A stretch of 64,000 bases of DNA from Macrostomum lignano. Lineage: Eukaryota. Positions 12,582 to 25,386 of the stretch are shown here, piece by piece. The stretch lies in assembly GCA_002269645.1 (NCBI GenBank), contig NIVC01000708.1:372001-436000 (forward strand), in the 5' to 3' direction. The notes beneath the pieces are model-generated. The model worked only from the letters and a program-made list of their open reading frames with translations. It was not told where the DNA came from and searched no databases. How positions within the stretch are numbered: position 1 is the stretch's first letter; every line of letters begins with the position of its first letter. A program made the translations under genes and the position numbers.

Positions 12582-14580
12582 GCTATACCAGAGAGTGCTA
12601 CATCGGTCATGGTTCAAGTACAACACATTCCACTTAACCTGTCTTGTTTAGTCTAAAATACGTATGGAATATAAGTACACATAAGTTATAGGTTAATCCA
12701 ATTACGCTTGTACACAATTGCAACAGCAACTGCACAATCGACCAAAAATATTTCAGACCCAAATCTCATTTCAATCTCATTTCAGACCCAAAGGATGGAT
12801 CGGGTTCAGATCACAGCAGTAGTACATTTTTGCATCCTTCAAGGCATCGCAAAGTTATTTACGAAGTTGTGGTGTAAAAAAAACAATGGCGGATCTTCTC
12901 CAGAAGCTATTGCCTACTGCAGCTTTATTTCATGTATGTGGCTTGAATAGGTAACAGAAACAGAAGCCCTCAACCTAATGTATATATGGATCATGGATGT
13001 ACTTTTAAGAGCATTTAAAAGCTAATGCCTAGTACATAATATTTTACATTTTATTTGATGTTATAAACATTTGGAGGGAAATGAAATAGTAAAAGTGCTG
13101 GGCCGAAAAGCGAGAGTGCAAAATTGGCATCAACAACCACAAACTATGTTTAATAATTTAGAAATTTGAAAGTCCTTCCATATCACTCTTATTTTGATTT
13201 TTGACATCTGGCACCGCTGAGCTGTATTTATTTGTATTCAGTATGCTTAGCGAGATAGTAGTGATAATTACAATCAAATCAATCGCTCATTGGTCTTTCA
13301 GTACAACAGTGGCAGAATCGCGCTTAAAGTACTCGCACTACTAAATACTACTCTAATTAAAAAGTTATTAATGTAAAGATCAAAGATCTGTTCTTGCATG
13401 TTGATTTTAGTGTAACATTGTACTGCTTTTTGAGTTTAATGTCAAGCTTTAAAAATGTAAATTGCTGAAACCAATGATTTCTAATGAGACAACATTGCAA
13501 CCCCAGTTTATCGTATGTGTCCATGTATATTGACATTGATCAGTCCCTCTTCCTCGTATGGCTCTTGCTTTGTAATCTCAAGAAATGGCAAAGTAAATAG
13601 TACTTAATTTTAATGCCTCTTTGGGTTTCAGTTGAACCAATATTTGAAGCTCACTAGAGTCATGTCCAAACTCCTAGTTACTCCTAGTTACCTTACCTAG
13701 TTACTTGCTTTTCATATAATACGCTTGCACTTGCATATTTCTTTTGAATGTACTTGCCATCGTTGTCTTGTGCCGTCTGTTCGACAATAGAAACAATATA
13801 TTTTGCTATAGCTACCTTATTTCTTCTTGACTTGTATAGTCAAATATCGATCTTCTTTTCATCTGTGCCCCGCGAACCACAGTTGTTTTTTGTAATTAAC
13901 TTACTACGCTTCTGCACCAAGCTTTGCAGCAAATTAAAACAAAAGTAACTGCAACTGAAACACTGAAAAAATTCAGTGCATTCATTCATGCCCATGGTTT
14001 GTTTCAGAACTAAACTTTTGAATAGAATCGTTTTTAATCAGTTTAGTTTCAATTTTTTTAATTTACAGAGTCAGAGTTCTGCATGCATTCAATCGCAATT
14101 TAAGATTAATTTTAACACACTACGAGAGCAGAAGTTGCTTATTACTATACTCGATTAGCACTAAGGCCTAAGGGAGGTTTGCTGATGCCTGATACTTAAT
14201 TCGATAGCCTTCGATCAACCAGCCATAGAGGACTGACCGAAATTTTATGACAAGTTCACTTCAACCCCCGTCTAATTTGGCTCCAAACAAGTGTCAAGCT
14301 GCATTGGTGGTTTAGCTTTGAACCATTTTATCGATCCATAGACGAAGTTGCAAAAGGCTAGAGTAGAATGGGAGCTTGCGATTGGCTGGAATGGTTCAGC
14401 CAGGCTTCAAGAGTTTCGGAATAGTGGCCTTCATTTGTGGCTCCACCGAGTCTTTCACAAGCTAGCGAAACATTAACGATGCAACGGACATGTCTAGGTG
14501 CCTGACCTGGGGCTTTTCATGGCCTTAATCTACAACTGCAACAAATTCACTGTAAAAGCTTTGTCTATACGTATACGCTC

Positions 14581-15096
14581 CAAGGACCACTAGAAGAAGG
14601 ACGGGATACTTCGTTTCTTGGAAAATTTATTAAAGGCTGATTTTCACGGAAAATGCACTAGCGAGATAGGAGCTTTTCACATTTTTCACTTTAAAATGGT
14701 GATAACTTTTTATTGGAAGCAGATACAAAGCTCTTCTTTTGATATAACTTACAAAACCAGTGGCGTAGCCAGGGTCGATTTCCTTCTGGGGGGGGTCACA
14801 GTCAGTCAGAGGCTCACAGCGGCAACCGGGGGCAGGGGGTGCTAGGCCTCTGCGACGGGGGAGGGGGCCTGAAAATTTGGCCTGGATCAGCCGGCTGGGG
14901 GGGGTCAAGACCCCCATGACCCCCCTTGGCTACGCCCCTGTACAAAACATGTTGCTTCGACGGATTTTATAAACAATAATACGAGTAATAAAGAATATAA
15001 AGAATTTTCCTAACTCGCTAGTGCATTTTTCCGTGAAAATCAGCCTTTAATAAATTTTCCAAGAAACGAAGTGTCCCGTCCTTCTAGTGGTCCTTG
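14581..15096. mobile_element. MITE with ~80-bp TIRs and 8-bp TSD (P- or hAT-type)
   Basis: TIR begins CAAGGACCACTAGAAG...GCACTAGCGAG at both ends. Perfect TSD ATACGCTC at 14573-14580 and 15097-15104. Confidence 0.92.
14758..14940. mobile_element. hAT-like MITE (183 bp) nested in the 14581-15096 element
   Basis: Ends CAGTGGCGTAGCCA ... TGGCTACGCCCCTG. Perfect TSD TACAAAAC at 14750-14757 and 14941-14948. Confidence 0.92.
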
Positions 15097-16617
15097 ATAC
15101 GCTCGTACAAATACTAACAGATTTTATTTGTTTATTAACCAAAAGGGGGTTCACAAACTCTAAATTTCTTCCTTCCTTCAGCACCTTCCCACAAAGTCGA
15201 AGCTTCACAACGTCGAAAACTCGAATAGCAGCCACTTTCACAAAGCTCAAAATTTCACAACGTGGAAAGCTATACATAACAAGGGACGTGGACGTCATAT
15301 ACCGAACATTCGTACCTGATTATGATAAGAGTACCGTTTCAAAAAGTGTATCTAAAGCATACATGTCCAATAAATTACCAAGTTGAACTGCAACTCAAAG
15401 CTTTCGATACATAAGCACGTTACGGCCTCCGTTCCATGCTGAAAATGGAAGCAAAAAAGTCTTGCCATACAGTTCTCAACCTTGTGAAGTTACAACCATA
15501 TGGAATAATTTGCTTTTCGACTTTGTGAAATTCCGAGCTTGCGAAAGAAACCCCAGCCAAAATATGCATATTGGTCATGACCAATTTTATCCGGATGCAC
15601 AAGAATAGAAGTTGAAGTCACTTAATTGTTACAATAAGCGCTTGGCAAAAAGTAAATGTAGAGCCAACGACAAGCAACAATCTTCAATTTTGTGAAAAAA
15701 AAACAGAAACAAATAATAAAGAAGCCTTAATTTATTTTTCGATTTTGGTAATAGCACAAAACAATAGAGCAGCTCAAAATACTACAGCAGCACAATTTCA
15801 ATAAACTTAGCAACAGTAATTTTTTAACGAGGGTAGCAATTTGCTAGCAAAGACGCTTTCTCCTAAAAAATAAACGACCAAAATAAAAGAGGAACAGAAA
15901 AAAAACAAAAACGATGCAAAAAAACATTCTGGCCAACTGTGTATTACCATACACACTTTCTCAATCGCTTTCGCTGTATAGTAAAAGCTATACCATTTTG
16001 GTTCAAAAGTTCTTAAAATGCTACTGACATAAGTAGAAAGTATTGTACAATGTGGAATTCATTAACAATAAATTATGCATAAACTTGCAATCAGTAGTTT
16101 TTGGCCATCGGTTGTTACTTTTCATACTAATAAATTTAAATTTTTACTTTGTACATTGTTTTTAAATTCCTAGCATTACCCTGATTGCAAGCAGACACAC
16201 AAAAATGCTGAGAAATAAACAAAAACTTAACATAACAAAAACTGCAGAACGGTAGCTCGTAACAGCAATACTCTTGAAAGCGTAAACTTTTACGACTTCA
16301 GTGATAAGTAATTAGAAGTTAGCAATAAAAAGAACTGTGGCTTTTTTGTTAGCCGTTTTTTAGAAAAGAAATTGAAAAAAGCAAATTGCAAGAGCAACAA
16401 TATCAATATGATACTTAAGATAATAGAATAGCTAGATTAGATTAATAACATGGCTTACTTAATCCGCAGAATCAGATGAAGAATGAATTAATCAGAATGT
16501 ATAGTATTTAATCATTCAAATTTCAAAATCAATCAAAAGCTATTTCCGTAACTTTTAATTAACATAAACCAGTGAGATAATTCGTTATTTATCATTGATG
16601 AAGTGAATTTATAGAAA

Positions 16618-19195
16618 TTACTTGCTCGGCATGGCAGTAGTTGTATCTGGCGGCGTCAAATTGGTCGGCTCGGAAGTTCCCGACGCTGTACGATTCCAGA
16701 AATTCGACTCCGGCGAAGAGCCGAAGATGTCACTCGACGAAGCGTCCCTGGACCGCTCGGCGCTCGACGGGGTGGCCTGCCACGACTGCCACTGCCAGGC
16801 TAGGTTCTCATTTGATGGTAACCATGGCATGAATTCGCGCACCAATAAAGTTCTAGGCTCGTTGCTTGAACCGGTGTTGACTTGTGGCTCTGGCGATGAG
16901 GCTACGAGAGAGGCGGTTGTTGGCTCAAGCGTTGGGGCGACTAAGGTCACAGGCTCGAGTGCGCTGGCACCGGAGGCAAATCTCGGCTCGGTCGTCCGCG
17001 TTAGCACAGAAGAAGCAAAATGTTCAGCATTTAGAGCCGCGGCAGCTCTTAGCTCGTGAATTGGAGCAGCGGTAGCCAACGGTTCGAAATGTTGAGTAGC
17101 GGTAGTTCTTGGCTCGAGCATTGGAGCAGCAGCAGAGATAGGTTCGAACATTCCGGCTGCAGAAGCCATGGGCATGGACACAGATTCGAAAATACGAGCA
17201 GCTGCAGCTCTGGGATCAAGCATCATGGTGAATTCGGATTCAGGCCGCTGTTGACGCCTTGGATAGCCTGCAGCAGATGAAGCTACAGCAGTCATTGGCT
17301 CAAAGGAAGCCACTGGTCTTGGTTGATGACGCTGACGTTGGTCGGAAAGCCGATGTGTGTTTGGGCCTGCATAGAAAATTTGCAATAGCATGATCTCAGT
17401 TGCATAAAAGCACTCACTTATGATTTGATTTTTTGATCGGAGGATGGTGAAATAAACACTACCACTATATAGCACCTGTCACCTACGTTCTACAACCCAT
17501 GCAATTGCAAACCCGTGGCAACCACTCCGGCACTTCGTCACGTCACCCCTTGTATCTCTTTGTATGTACTAAAAATGAGTTGTCGGTATCTAAGTTATAA
17601 GTTATGCGATTGATTTAATTAAGGAAAAACGGTTAAACCGATTTTCATGAAACATACACTGTTGTGTTAGATCAGAAATAAGGATCCTGCGAATGACAAG
17701 ATCCTCGTTTTCCACTCCCGAGTGGCCAAGCTGCCAAGGTATACCTGCAGATACAGATTAAGTCTATTTGCTATACTAGTATATAGTATGTTGAACGCAA
17801 GATGACTTAAATCGAAGAAAATCTTCGCTCAGTTTTTATAGTTTGCTACGATATTTTTAAATCACTAAAAAACTTACCTGTAGGAACTGTAGCAGAAGCA
17901 CGAGAGCCGGATGCACTGTTATAGCGGCCAATTCTGGGAGGCCGGACTTCCGGTGCAGAAAAATTGCTGAAGGGTACCGGCGTTGCTGAGGGGATTGTCA
18001 AAACCTGATTGCTACGATATTCCATCTGAATGAAGTTCTTAGGTGATTGCAGACACGCTGGATAATCCATTTTCGGGTAGGTTATCTCCCATAACTTTCG
18101 CATCTTGCACCAAGTGGTTAAAAAGAATGACAGACTCGACTGAGACAGAAGCCACTTCACCTCAAGCATTGAAGCAACGGTTCCTTCATTGCTCTCCAAA
18201 GCCATCTTCTGGCCAACGAAAAATCGCTTGGCTGAAGCGCCGAAAAACGTGGTAGTCGAGTCACCGAAAGAATTCCCAAAGTTACTACCAATCTTGACCG
18301 AGTAAAAAGTTTCTAAGGTGCTAACCGTTTCGGCATCGAGCTTGCAAGCAACCGTATTTGAAGCGATCAAAATGTTAATTGGCAGTGCATTTATAAGCAT
18401 AGTCTTGACTTCCAGAATATGACCTGGATCATGCGCAGAAATGGTAACCAGAGACTTTCCGTCATATTTGACATCTGTTTCGATTGACTGCAGGTACATG
18501 TCCAGAGCGCAGCTTAAAGAAAGCTGTCCCTCTTTGTTGAGTTTTTGACTCTTTCGAATGTTGTCTGATAACTTAGCAATCACATCGTTCCACTTCGTGC
18601 TGGGAATCCGAGTCGTCGAAGTCAGCTTTAGCACAGGAAGCTTGAGTCGATCAGATAGGCATTCTGTGATCTGGTTTGTCACAGAAATGACCAACTTTGA
18701 GTTGCTCACCGTTCCTCGAACCACAACATTTCGATGGTGCTCTTCTGGGAGTCCTGGATACGGACTCGATAGGTAGATACTGATCGCGTTCTTTTTGGCA
18801 GAGTCAATGGTTTTCTGAATCTCGTTCTGAACTGTAGAAAAAAGTGCAGGAGGGCACTGAAAAGGAATCGTAAAGATAAGTAGCTGATTCATACGAATAC
18901 ATTGCAGTGAGGACGAGAAGACTTCAAGAAGTCGATCTTCAATCTCTGGTACACACGGTTCCTTCTTCAGTTCGAGCTCAGTGGGTGTTACAAGCACCTC
19001 ATCCTCTCCTTGAAAGGGCGATGATACAAAAGACTCATTTGGATTCGAGTGAGAACTTCTTTCAGGAAAGTGAATCAGCGTTTTTGAAAAGGCCTGCAGA
19101 TTCTTATGGCTAGCACCCTTCCTTCCGATTAGGTGGCTGTGGTCGTCGAATGATACGCTCAAACGCAGAATAGGCCCTTTTAACAAATGATACAT
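16618..19195 (-). CDS. Divergent Bicaudal-C/GLD-3-like KH-domain RNA-binding protein, about 688 aa, no SAM domain seen
   Basis: Exons 19195-17878 (donor ACAG|GTAAGT) and 17366-16618 (acceptor TATGCAG|GC) join in phase, 2067 nt total. LRLSVSFDDHSHLIGRKG...IHFPE resembles the BicC KH motif VSHTEHSHVIGKGG...IHFPD. The true start may lie further upstream. Confidence 0.6.
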
Positions 19196-19627
19196 TGTTA
19201 AAAAGAAAGCTTAGGCCGATTAAGAGAAGAGCCGAGAAAGCGAATGCTAAACAAATAAAGAAGCTCTAGTCTAGACAAGTTCATTTAACGGTTTATCGAC
19301 CGATCCCCTCTCAATCCTCTCCAATTCAACCTCTTAGCCATAGCTCTCCCTGATTGGCTGAGAGAAGTTTAACCAACCAGCGAGCGTCTGGGGCCATGGG
19401 GGTCGCCTTCGTCTAAGCATTCCTAAACTTCACATTCTTTAAAATTTGGTCCTTTTTCATTCCCTAATTTTCAACTACTAAATACAATCTGTGACTGTTA
19501 ATGCACACGAGTGTGCACCCCCTTTACAAATACCATAAAATTAAATGAAAAATTATATTATAAAAGCTAAAGTTAGGACAGTGTGATGTGTAATTAGGGT
19601 TTGTACGAGTAAAAACAGCGCAATTAT

Positions 19628-19740
19628 CTACTTATCTTCACGATTCCCTTTCAGTGCCCTCCTGCACTTTTTTCTACAGTTCAGAACGAGATTCAGAAAA
19701 CCATTGACTCTGCCAAAAAGAACGCGATCAGTATCTACCT
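19628..19740 (+). repeat. 113-bp inverted duplicate of coding segment 18771-18883
   Basis: 19628-19740 is the reverse complement of 18771-18883 with 2 mismatches by manual alignment. Confidence 0.9.
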
Positions 19741-22700
19741 TATGAACGATAATCTTTGATCATAAAGTGGGGTTGTATTTGTGGAATTGAAAGACGCTGC
19801 AATCATTGGCGTTTAAAAGAAAGTGATGAGAAGCATTACAGAGATTGGAATTCGGATGTATAAAATAATGCCTTCGGGGTTGCGAAAGTTACCATGTCCA
19901 AGTATTGCACCAGAGGTAGGAACATTAAGTTGCTAACTAACTATACCCAATTGATAAGCCTTCAACATTTGGCCTTAAAATTCTGCGTTCGTATTCTGGG
20001 TCTATAAAATATAATTTCAGATCCCCACAAAGCACCTCAGAATAATCTAAATAAATACCAACGAAAGCTGCCGACTGATGTTGGCACACAGCTAATTTTT
20101 TGGATTTTGATACAATACTGATTACAGAAGTGCATGGTTTGTGGCGAGCGCCAGATCTAAAACTCGGCAAATAAGGGAATCAAAAATGAAGTTTTTCTTG
20201 ACAGACGAAGTAAAAATGCTATTTAATTATACTAAAAATACAGGTGCCAGAATAATTTAACTAGTCTTCAGAGTCCATGCCGTGTAGTTGAAAGTAGCTA
20301 ATAATTAGCTTGTATTGCAACACTGTACGGAGAATTGATAAGAAAAACTAAGAAACTAATTAGGGACAGTCGATATATCGGTTATAAAATTGGTTATAAA
20401 ATTGTAGCAAGGGTTTTAACAGCTTTCATCGGTATCAATTAAATTATTTTTAAAATTCAAACAATTATCTGCCTGAGAAAAAGGTGATGCTGCGATTTCT
20501 GCGAGTGAAGCGCGGAAAACAACAAACATTTTTACAGAGTAATTGCTTCGGCAGTTGCGCATTCGCAAGATAAGACGTCAAGTTGTGTTCGATTAATTAC
20601 ATCCCTCCCTGTTAAATGCCGACAGTCAATTAAAAATCAGTTTTAAACCAATTAACTTTAATTTCTTACCTATGCACAAGGCTATCGTTGTATGCCATAA
20701 ACTATAGCCCTGCAGAGCTTAAATTTTAGATTGGAAGTGAGAGCTAAATCCTTAATTGAACTCTGTTAATGATACAGTTATAACATAAAAATAAAGAACG
20801 CTTTTATGATATCGACTTCATGAAATTTTCTGCTTAAATCGATAAGTCGAGAAATTGGCAATTTTCATAGCTAAGCTAGTATTGCAGCAAAAACTTGACA
20901 AAAACTAAATTTGTATATTATTGCGAAAATTGCACGATAGTCAGATTTAATCAGAGTCCGAATGATCAAGCATTTAAATACGCTCGTAATAGATCAGGAA
21001 TCCCAGAGCAATAAATAGGCTCTTATAAAAGGAATAAAAACTTATTTCAAACAAGCAGTGAAAACATATATACTCGTACTCGTAGTCGTATAGCAGGAGT
21101 GAAATCCGATAAAAAGCTTTTTTTCGCATTGGTCCACAATCAGAAAAATACAAGTGATAAAATGTGGCGTTTATACTAAATTTGCGAAATTCATTTAAAT
21201 TCTATAACAGACGACGTAGCGTTGAGTATTGTAGTGTTGACAGTGTCAGTATTTGGTTAACAGAAAGAGATGAGGTATGGCAATAAAAGTATACTCATTC
21301 CAATTCACACTACAAAATATCAAAGCATGAATGGACAATAAATTGAGAAGCAGAGAACCACAAAGTTAAATAAAATCGTAGCACCTGAAAAAAGATTACA
21401 AAAAAAGATAAGCAGCACGGAGTTACTGTTAATTAATGCCTATATTTTTTAAGCAAAGTTCATGCTTAATATAAAAAAATCAAGCATCATAATATAAAGC
21501 GCACTAAGCACTAGCAAGCAAACACATAAGCACTGTCATCGACGAGGTGAAAGGTTTACTATTTTATATCTTATATACTAAACAGCTAAATCCTAACTAT
21601 AACTTATAGTAAACAGACTTAAACAAACAACTAAAGTTAAAACAAGTACCCCTAAAGCTTAGGCAGGGCACAAAAACACCAATACCATACCACCAAAGTA
21701 TAAAACCGTTTTATCGATTTAACTGAATAACAGCGCCAACCCAAACCTAACCCCTTCCGTACCACCTCCAGTAAATTCCTCCCGCTAAGAATTTAGTTAA
21801 GACTGATGAGTCATCAAAACGGATCGGATTGAAATGCAAACTGATTTGGGATTGCCCAAGTTTCCTTCACATACGGACAAGAGATAAGATAAGGTCTTTT
21901 CCTAGTGGCTAAAATTTCGAATCACTTGATCCGAAGTCCGAATATACTTCTTACTTAGACCTTACGTATAATAAGTGTAGGACAGCCAAAACACTATATA
22001 CCGATGTAAAATAATAGCTCGTACGAGTATAAAGCAGTAGATAACAAACGCTTATGAGCTACAACTTTAGAAATTAAATTAGTTAGTCAACAAGGCAAGA
22101 AATTATATAAAAAATCTTGACACAGGTTTCCTATACTTGTATAAGTAAAACTAAAAACCTACTTTAGATGTAGCAAGCCGTCAAAGTTCATTTCCTTGTT
22201 TGCGTTTCTTTTATTCATCAGTAGCTAAGTAAAGCTAATAAGCTCGGTTCGAACATTGATTGATAAGTTGCTTACAATCTTACCCGAATGCGAATGGAAT
22301 ATAAGGTAGTCGATAGAATAACAGTAGGAAGTTGCGCCGATGACTGCAGAGTGCTTAAGCGTAGCAAAAATTAGTATAGAAAGGCACTGTAGCTTTTTGT
22401 TACAAGATAATTGAATCAACATGCATTAAAATCCAAGGCTTCTCTCAACTATGCACGTGACTGCAATGAGCTACAGTTAATAAAAAATTCGATAAGTCGC
22501 CGTCGGCTAGTAATTCATTAATTAGAAGTAGAAAAATTCTGAGTTTGTATGAATAAATACCATATTCAAAATCCGCAACTGAAGCGCGCTTCATCAAAGA
22601 AATAAGTGAACTGGCTGCATCCAAACTGTGCTATTATGGAATGGATTGGGTCAGAAAAAAGCGAATAAAAAATAAATAGTAAATAAACAAGCAAAGCGCC

Positions 22701-23071
22701 GAATCGATCCATGGCTAGCTGGGACTGATCGGTCAGTCCGTAGTCTATAAAAATCAATAGCGCAAGGCTCTACAAGTATCAGATAAAGCACAGCTAATCG
22801 TCTGAAAATATATGAACTCACATTTTTAGCAAAGACAAGATAGATAATATTTATATTTACAGACACAGATTTCAATAGCTTGACAAACCCAATATGAACT
22901 CAAAAATGTTGCTACCAAAACATGATTTGATCCACGAAACAATCAATAGATTAAGCTGCGAGATGATCAGTCAGATAATCATAAGATTGATATGGGAGAT
23001 TAACCGGCGAGAAGATAAAGAATTCCCATTTCCCCACCTTGTATTCATATTGATACTGTATTTTGCATATT

Positions 23072-25386
23072 TCAGGTGAAGCTGACCCAGTTGTTTCCCA
23101 TACCCGTAGCCGCAGAGCCAATCGGAAACGAGGCCGGCCGTGAAACTCCGGTCCCGTAGCGACTCAAAATCTGAGCTTTGAACGGCGAGCTGAACTGCAA
23201 CAGGTCCGTCTCGGAACTGCTCTCTGGTGCCGGTGCTGGTACCGAGTCGCCGATTAGAGCTGACCAATCCTCGATGCTGTCAGTCTGCGCCTGCTGGGGC
23301 CGCGGAGGCAAAGTCGACGGAGGCGACACGAAATGGACGTGGGCGGGGCCGCCAATGCTGTGCGAAGACGAGGCAGCTGAGTGCAGCGAAGCGGCATCAT
23401 TATTGTTGCTGCCGCTGTCCGAGTCGTCGATGCTGATCAGTACACCTTCACGACTGCCCTCGCTAACGTCACCGCCGACTCCGCTGTTCAGCATGACGGT
23501 TGGAGCCAAACTATCGTTCAGAGACTTAACTACTCCATCGGCTTCTTCAAAGCCTTCTTCAGCTTCGTCTTCTTCAGCATCATCATCGCTTTCTAATTTC
23601 TCTCCGATTAGCTCCGGTTTCTGTGGAAGCTGCTGAGCAGCCGAGTGGGCCGAAGCCAACCGTTTGGAGAGCAGGTTAGAGCGCACCCTGCGACCAATGT
23701 TGCGCGGCAGGTTGACGATGGCTCGCTTGCGCTGGTGGCTCGCCAGCAGCCGATCAGCGGCCCGATTGAACGCGTCGTAATGAGACTCGGATGGGCCGGC
23801 GGCTAGGTAGCGGTCGGCAAACTCGTGGAACAGCTGCGAGCCGGACAGGCGGCGCAGGAACGGCCGGTGCGACTCAGGACTGGCGGCTAGGAAGGCGTCC
23901 AGGTTGAACTCCGAGCCGGCCGGCTGCTGTCGAATCGGCGCCAGCAGTTCCACGGTGACTCGCAGCAGGGCCTGGGAAAAGGCGTCGCCTGGGGCGCTGG
24001 AGGATCGAGAGCGGCTTAGAGAACGCTTGGCGGCGCGCACGAGTCCTTAGAAAATGAATGTGTAGATACTGGCTGTTAAGAAAGAGGCTTACGTGGAATC
24101 TGGGAGGCTAGTCTTAGAATCGGGGATGTCGGCGGTGGCGCAGCAATTAAGGATTGGGAGGGGGGCTGGCAAGCGGTTCAGCAACTGAGGATCTGGGAGA
24201 GTGGCGAGATGCGGTCACAAAGAATGACCGCTTCAGACAGGAAAGGCTAAAGGACTCACTCTTGGGTAGCCCGAGCTGCTCAGCAGAGACCTCGGCGCCA
24301 TCAGCCACAAACAGATCTCCACTATCCAGATTTACCAGAGCAAAATCTCGGTCGGCAAAATTGGCGTCAATTTTGGCCCGGTTAGTAACGTAGAGAGCCT
24401 CAACTAAGCCGAAAACGCAGGGCACAAGACAGCCGATGTGGTCAATATTGGCAGCGGAGAGGCTGGGCGCGAACACGTGCTCCCAGCTGAACGGGTACAG
24501 CATAGAAACGCAGCCGAAGGCGCACAGAGTCAAGCGATCCAAGCGTCTTTGAAAAAAACGCGATGGAAATAATTTATGGAAACGATACGAAAAATGAGTA
24601 CGATAGGTACTCATAGGTAGGTACTACGATAGCTGCACCATCTAGCTCAGTAGGAAGCTCGAGGACTAATATCCCTGTTGGAGGATAATAAGACTAGCAT
24701 ATTTACCTGGCAACCAGAAGCAGTTTTCGCTCAGTAAGCATAGCGGTCAGCAGGTACAGCAAGGTGTCCGAACTGCGGCCAAGCCGGTCGGACAGTTCAC
24801 GCACCGGACCCCACCGGCCAGTGTCCGGCAACTGGCTGTCCCGGTGTCCGGTCGGCTGTCCCATGGTGGCCGAGGCGGCCAGTTGCTGAGAAATGGCCAG
24901 CACCGGGTCGACCGGCCACTGGCTGCTGAGCTGTCGCAGCAAGGCCGGAAAGATGTCGAACCCTGGCCGTCTAGTGACCAACGCCAAGCACTCGACGATG
25001 CAGTCCGCCTCTACATGCAGTCGGGTGAACACAGCAAACAAGAAGGTGAACCGAGAGTTGATGTCGGTGAAGGCAGTGCAGAGGGTGTCACCATCCTCAG
25101 GCTGCCAGTTGGAGCCGCGGCTGTCGCAGCAGTCTGGCAGCGCGTATTCAACAACTCGAATACGCCAGTCGTCCACGGCGGAAAAGGCCGCCACAACGGA
25201 GGTTGGACCGCCGCATAGGCGTCGGCGCAGACGGTAGAGAGCCTCAAATGCTGAAGCGCAGGATTCTGGCGGCAGTAGCCGACTGTGAATGCCCTGCTTC
25301 ATCGGACTAGCAGACTTTGCTGTCCCAGCTGATGCCGCTGCGGGAGGCAAGCAACCAAACAGGTTTAGCACAGCTGGCATACACAT
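23072..25386 (-). CDS. DENND1: DENN-domain Rab GEF, connecdenn/DENND1-like, about 646 aa
   Basis: Exons 25386-24707, 24546-24260 and 24045-23072 join in phase. Core DENN motif LTERKLLLVARRLDRLT...MLYPFSWEHVFAPSL and dDENN motif FLRRLSGSQLFHEF are present. The tail has a clathrin box (LISID) and a C-terminal WVSF(T) AP-2-binding-type motif, which favours DENND1 over DENND2. Confidence 0.8.

Noticed and set aside
12700-15620. Short ORFs possibly from a decayed transposase or reverse transcriptase
   Set aside because: No catalytic motifs recognisable.
16622-17059. Plus-strand 145-aa ORF as the last exon of the Ig gene
   Set aside because: It is antisense to the phase-consistent minus-strand exon of the KH gene and has no convincing acceptor.
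19937-20170. 77-aa minus ORF as an upstream exon of the BicC-like gene
   Set aside because: The only donor I found is phase 2 and the candidate acceptor needs phase 1.
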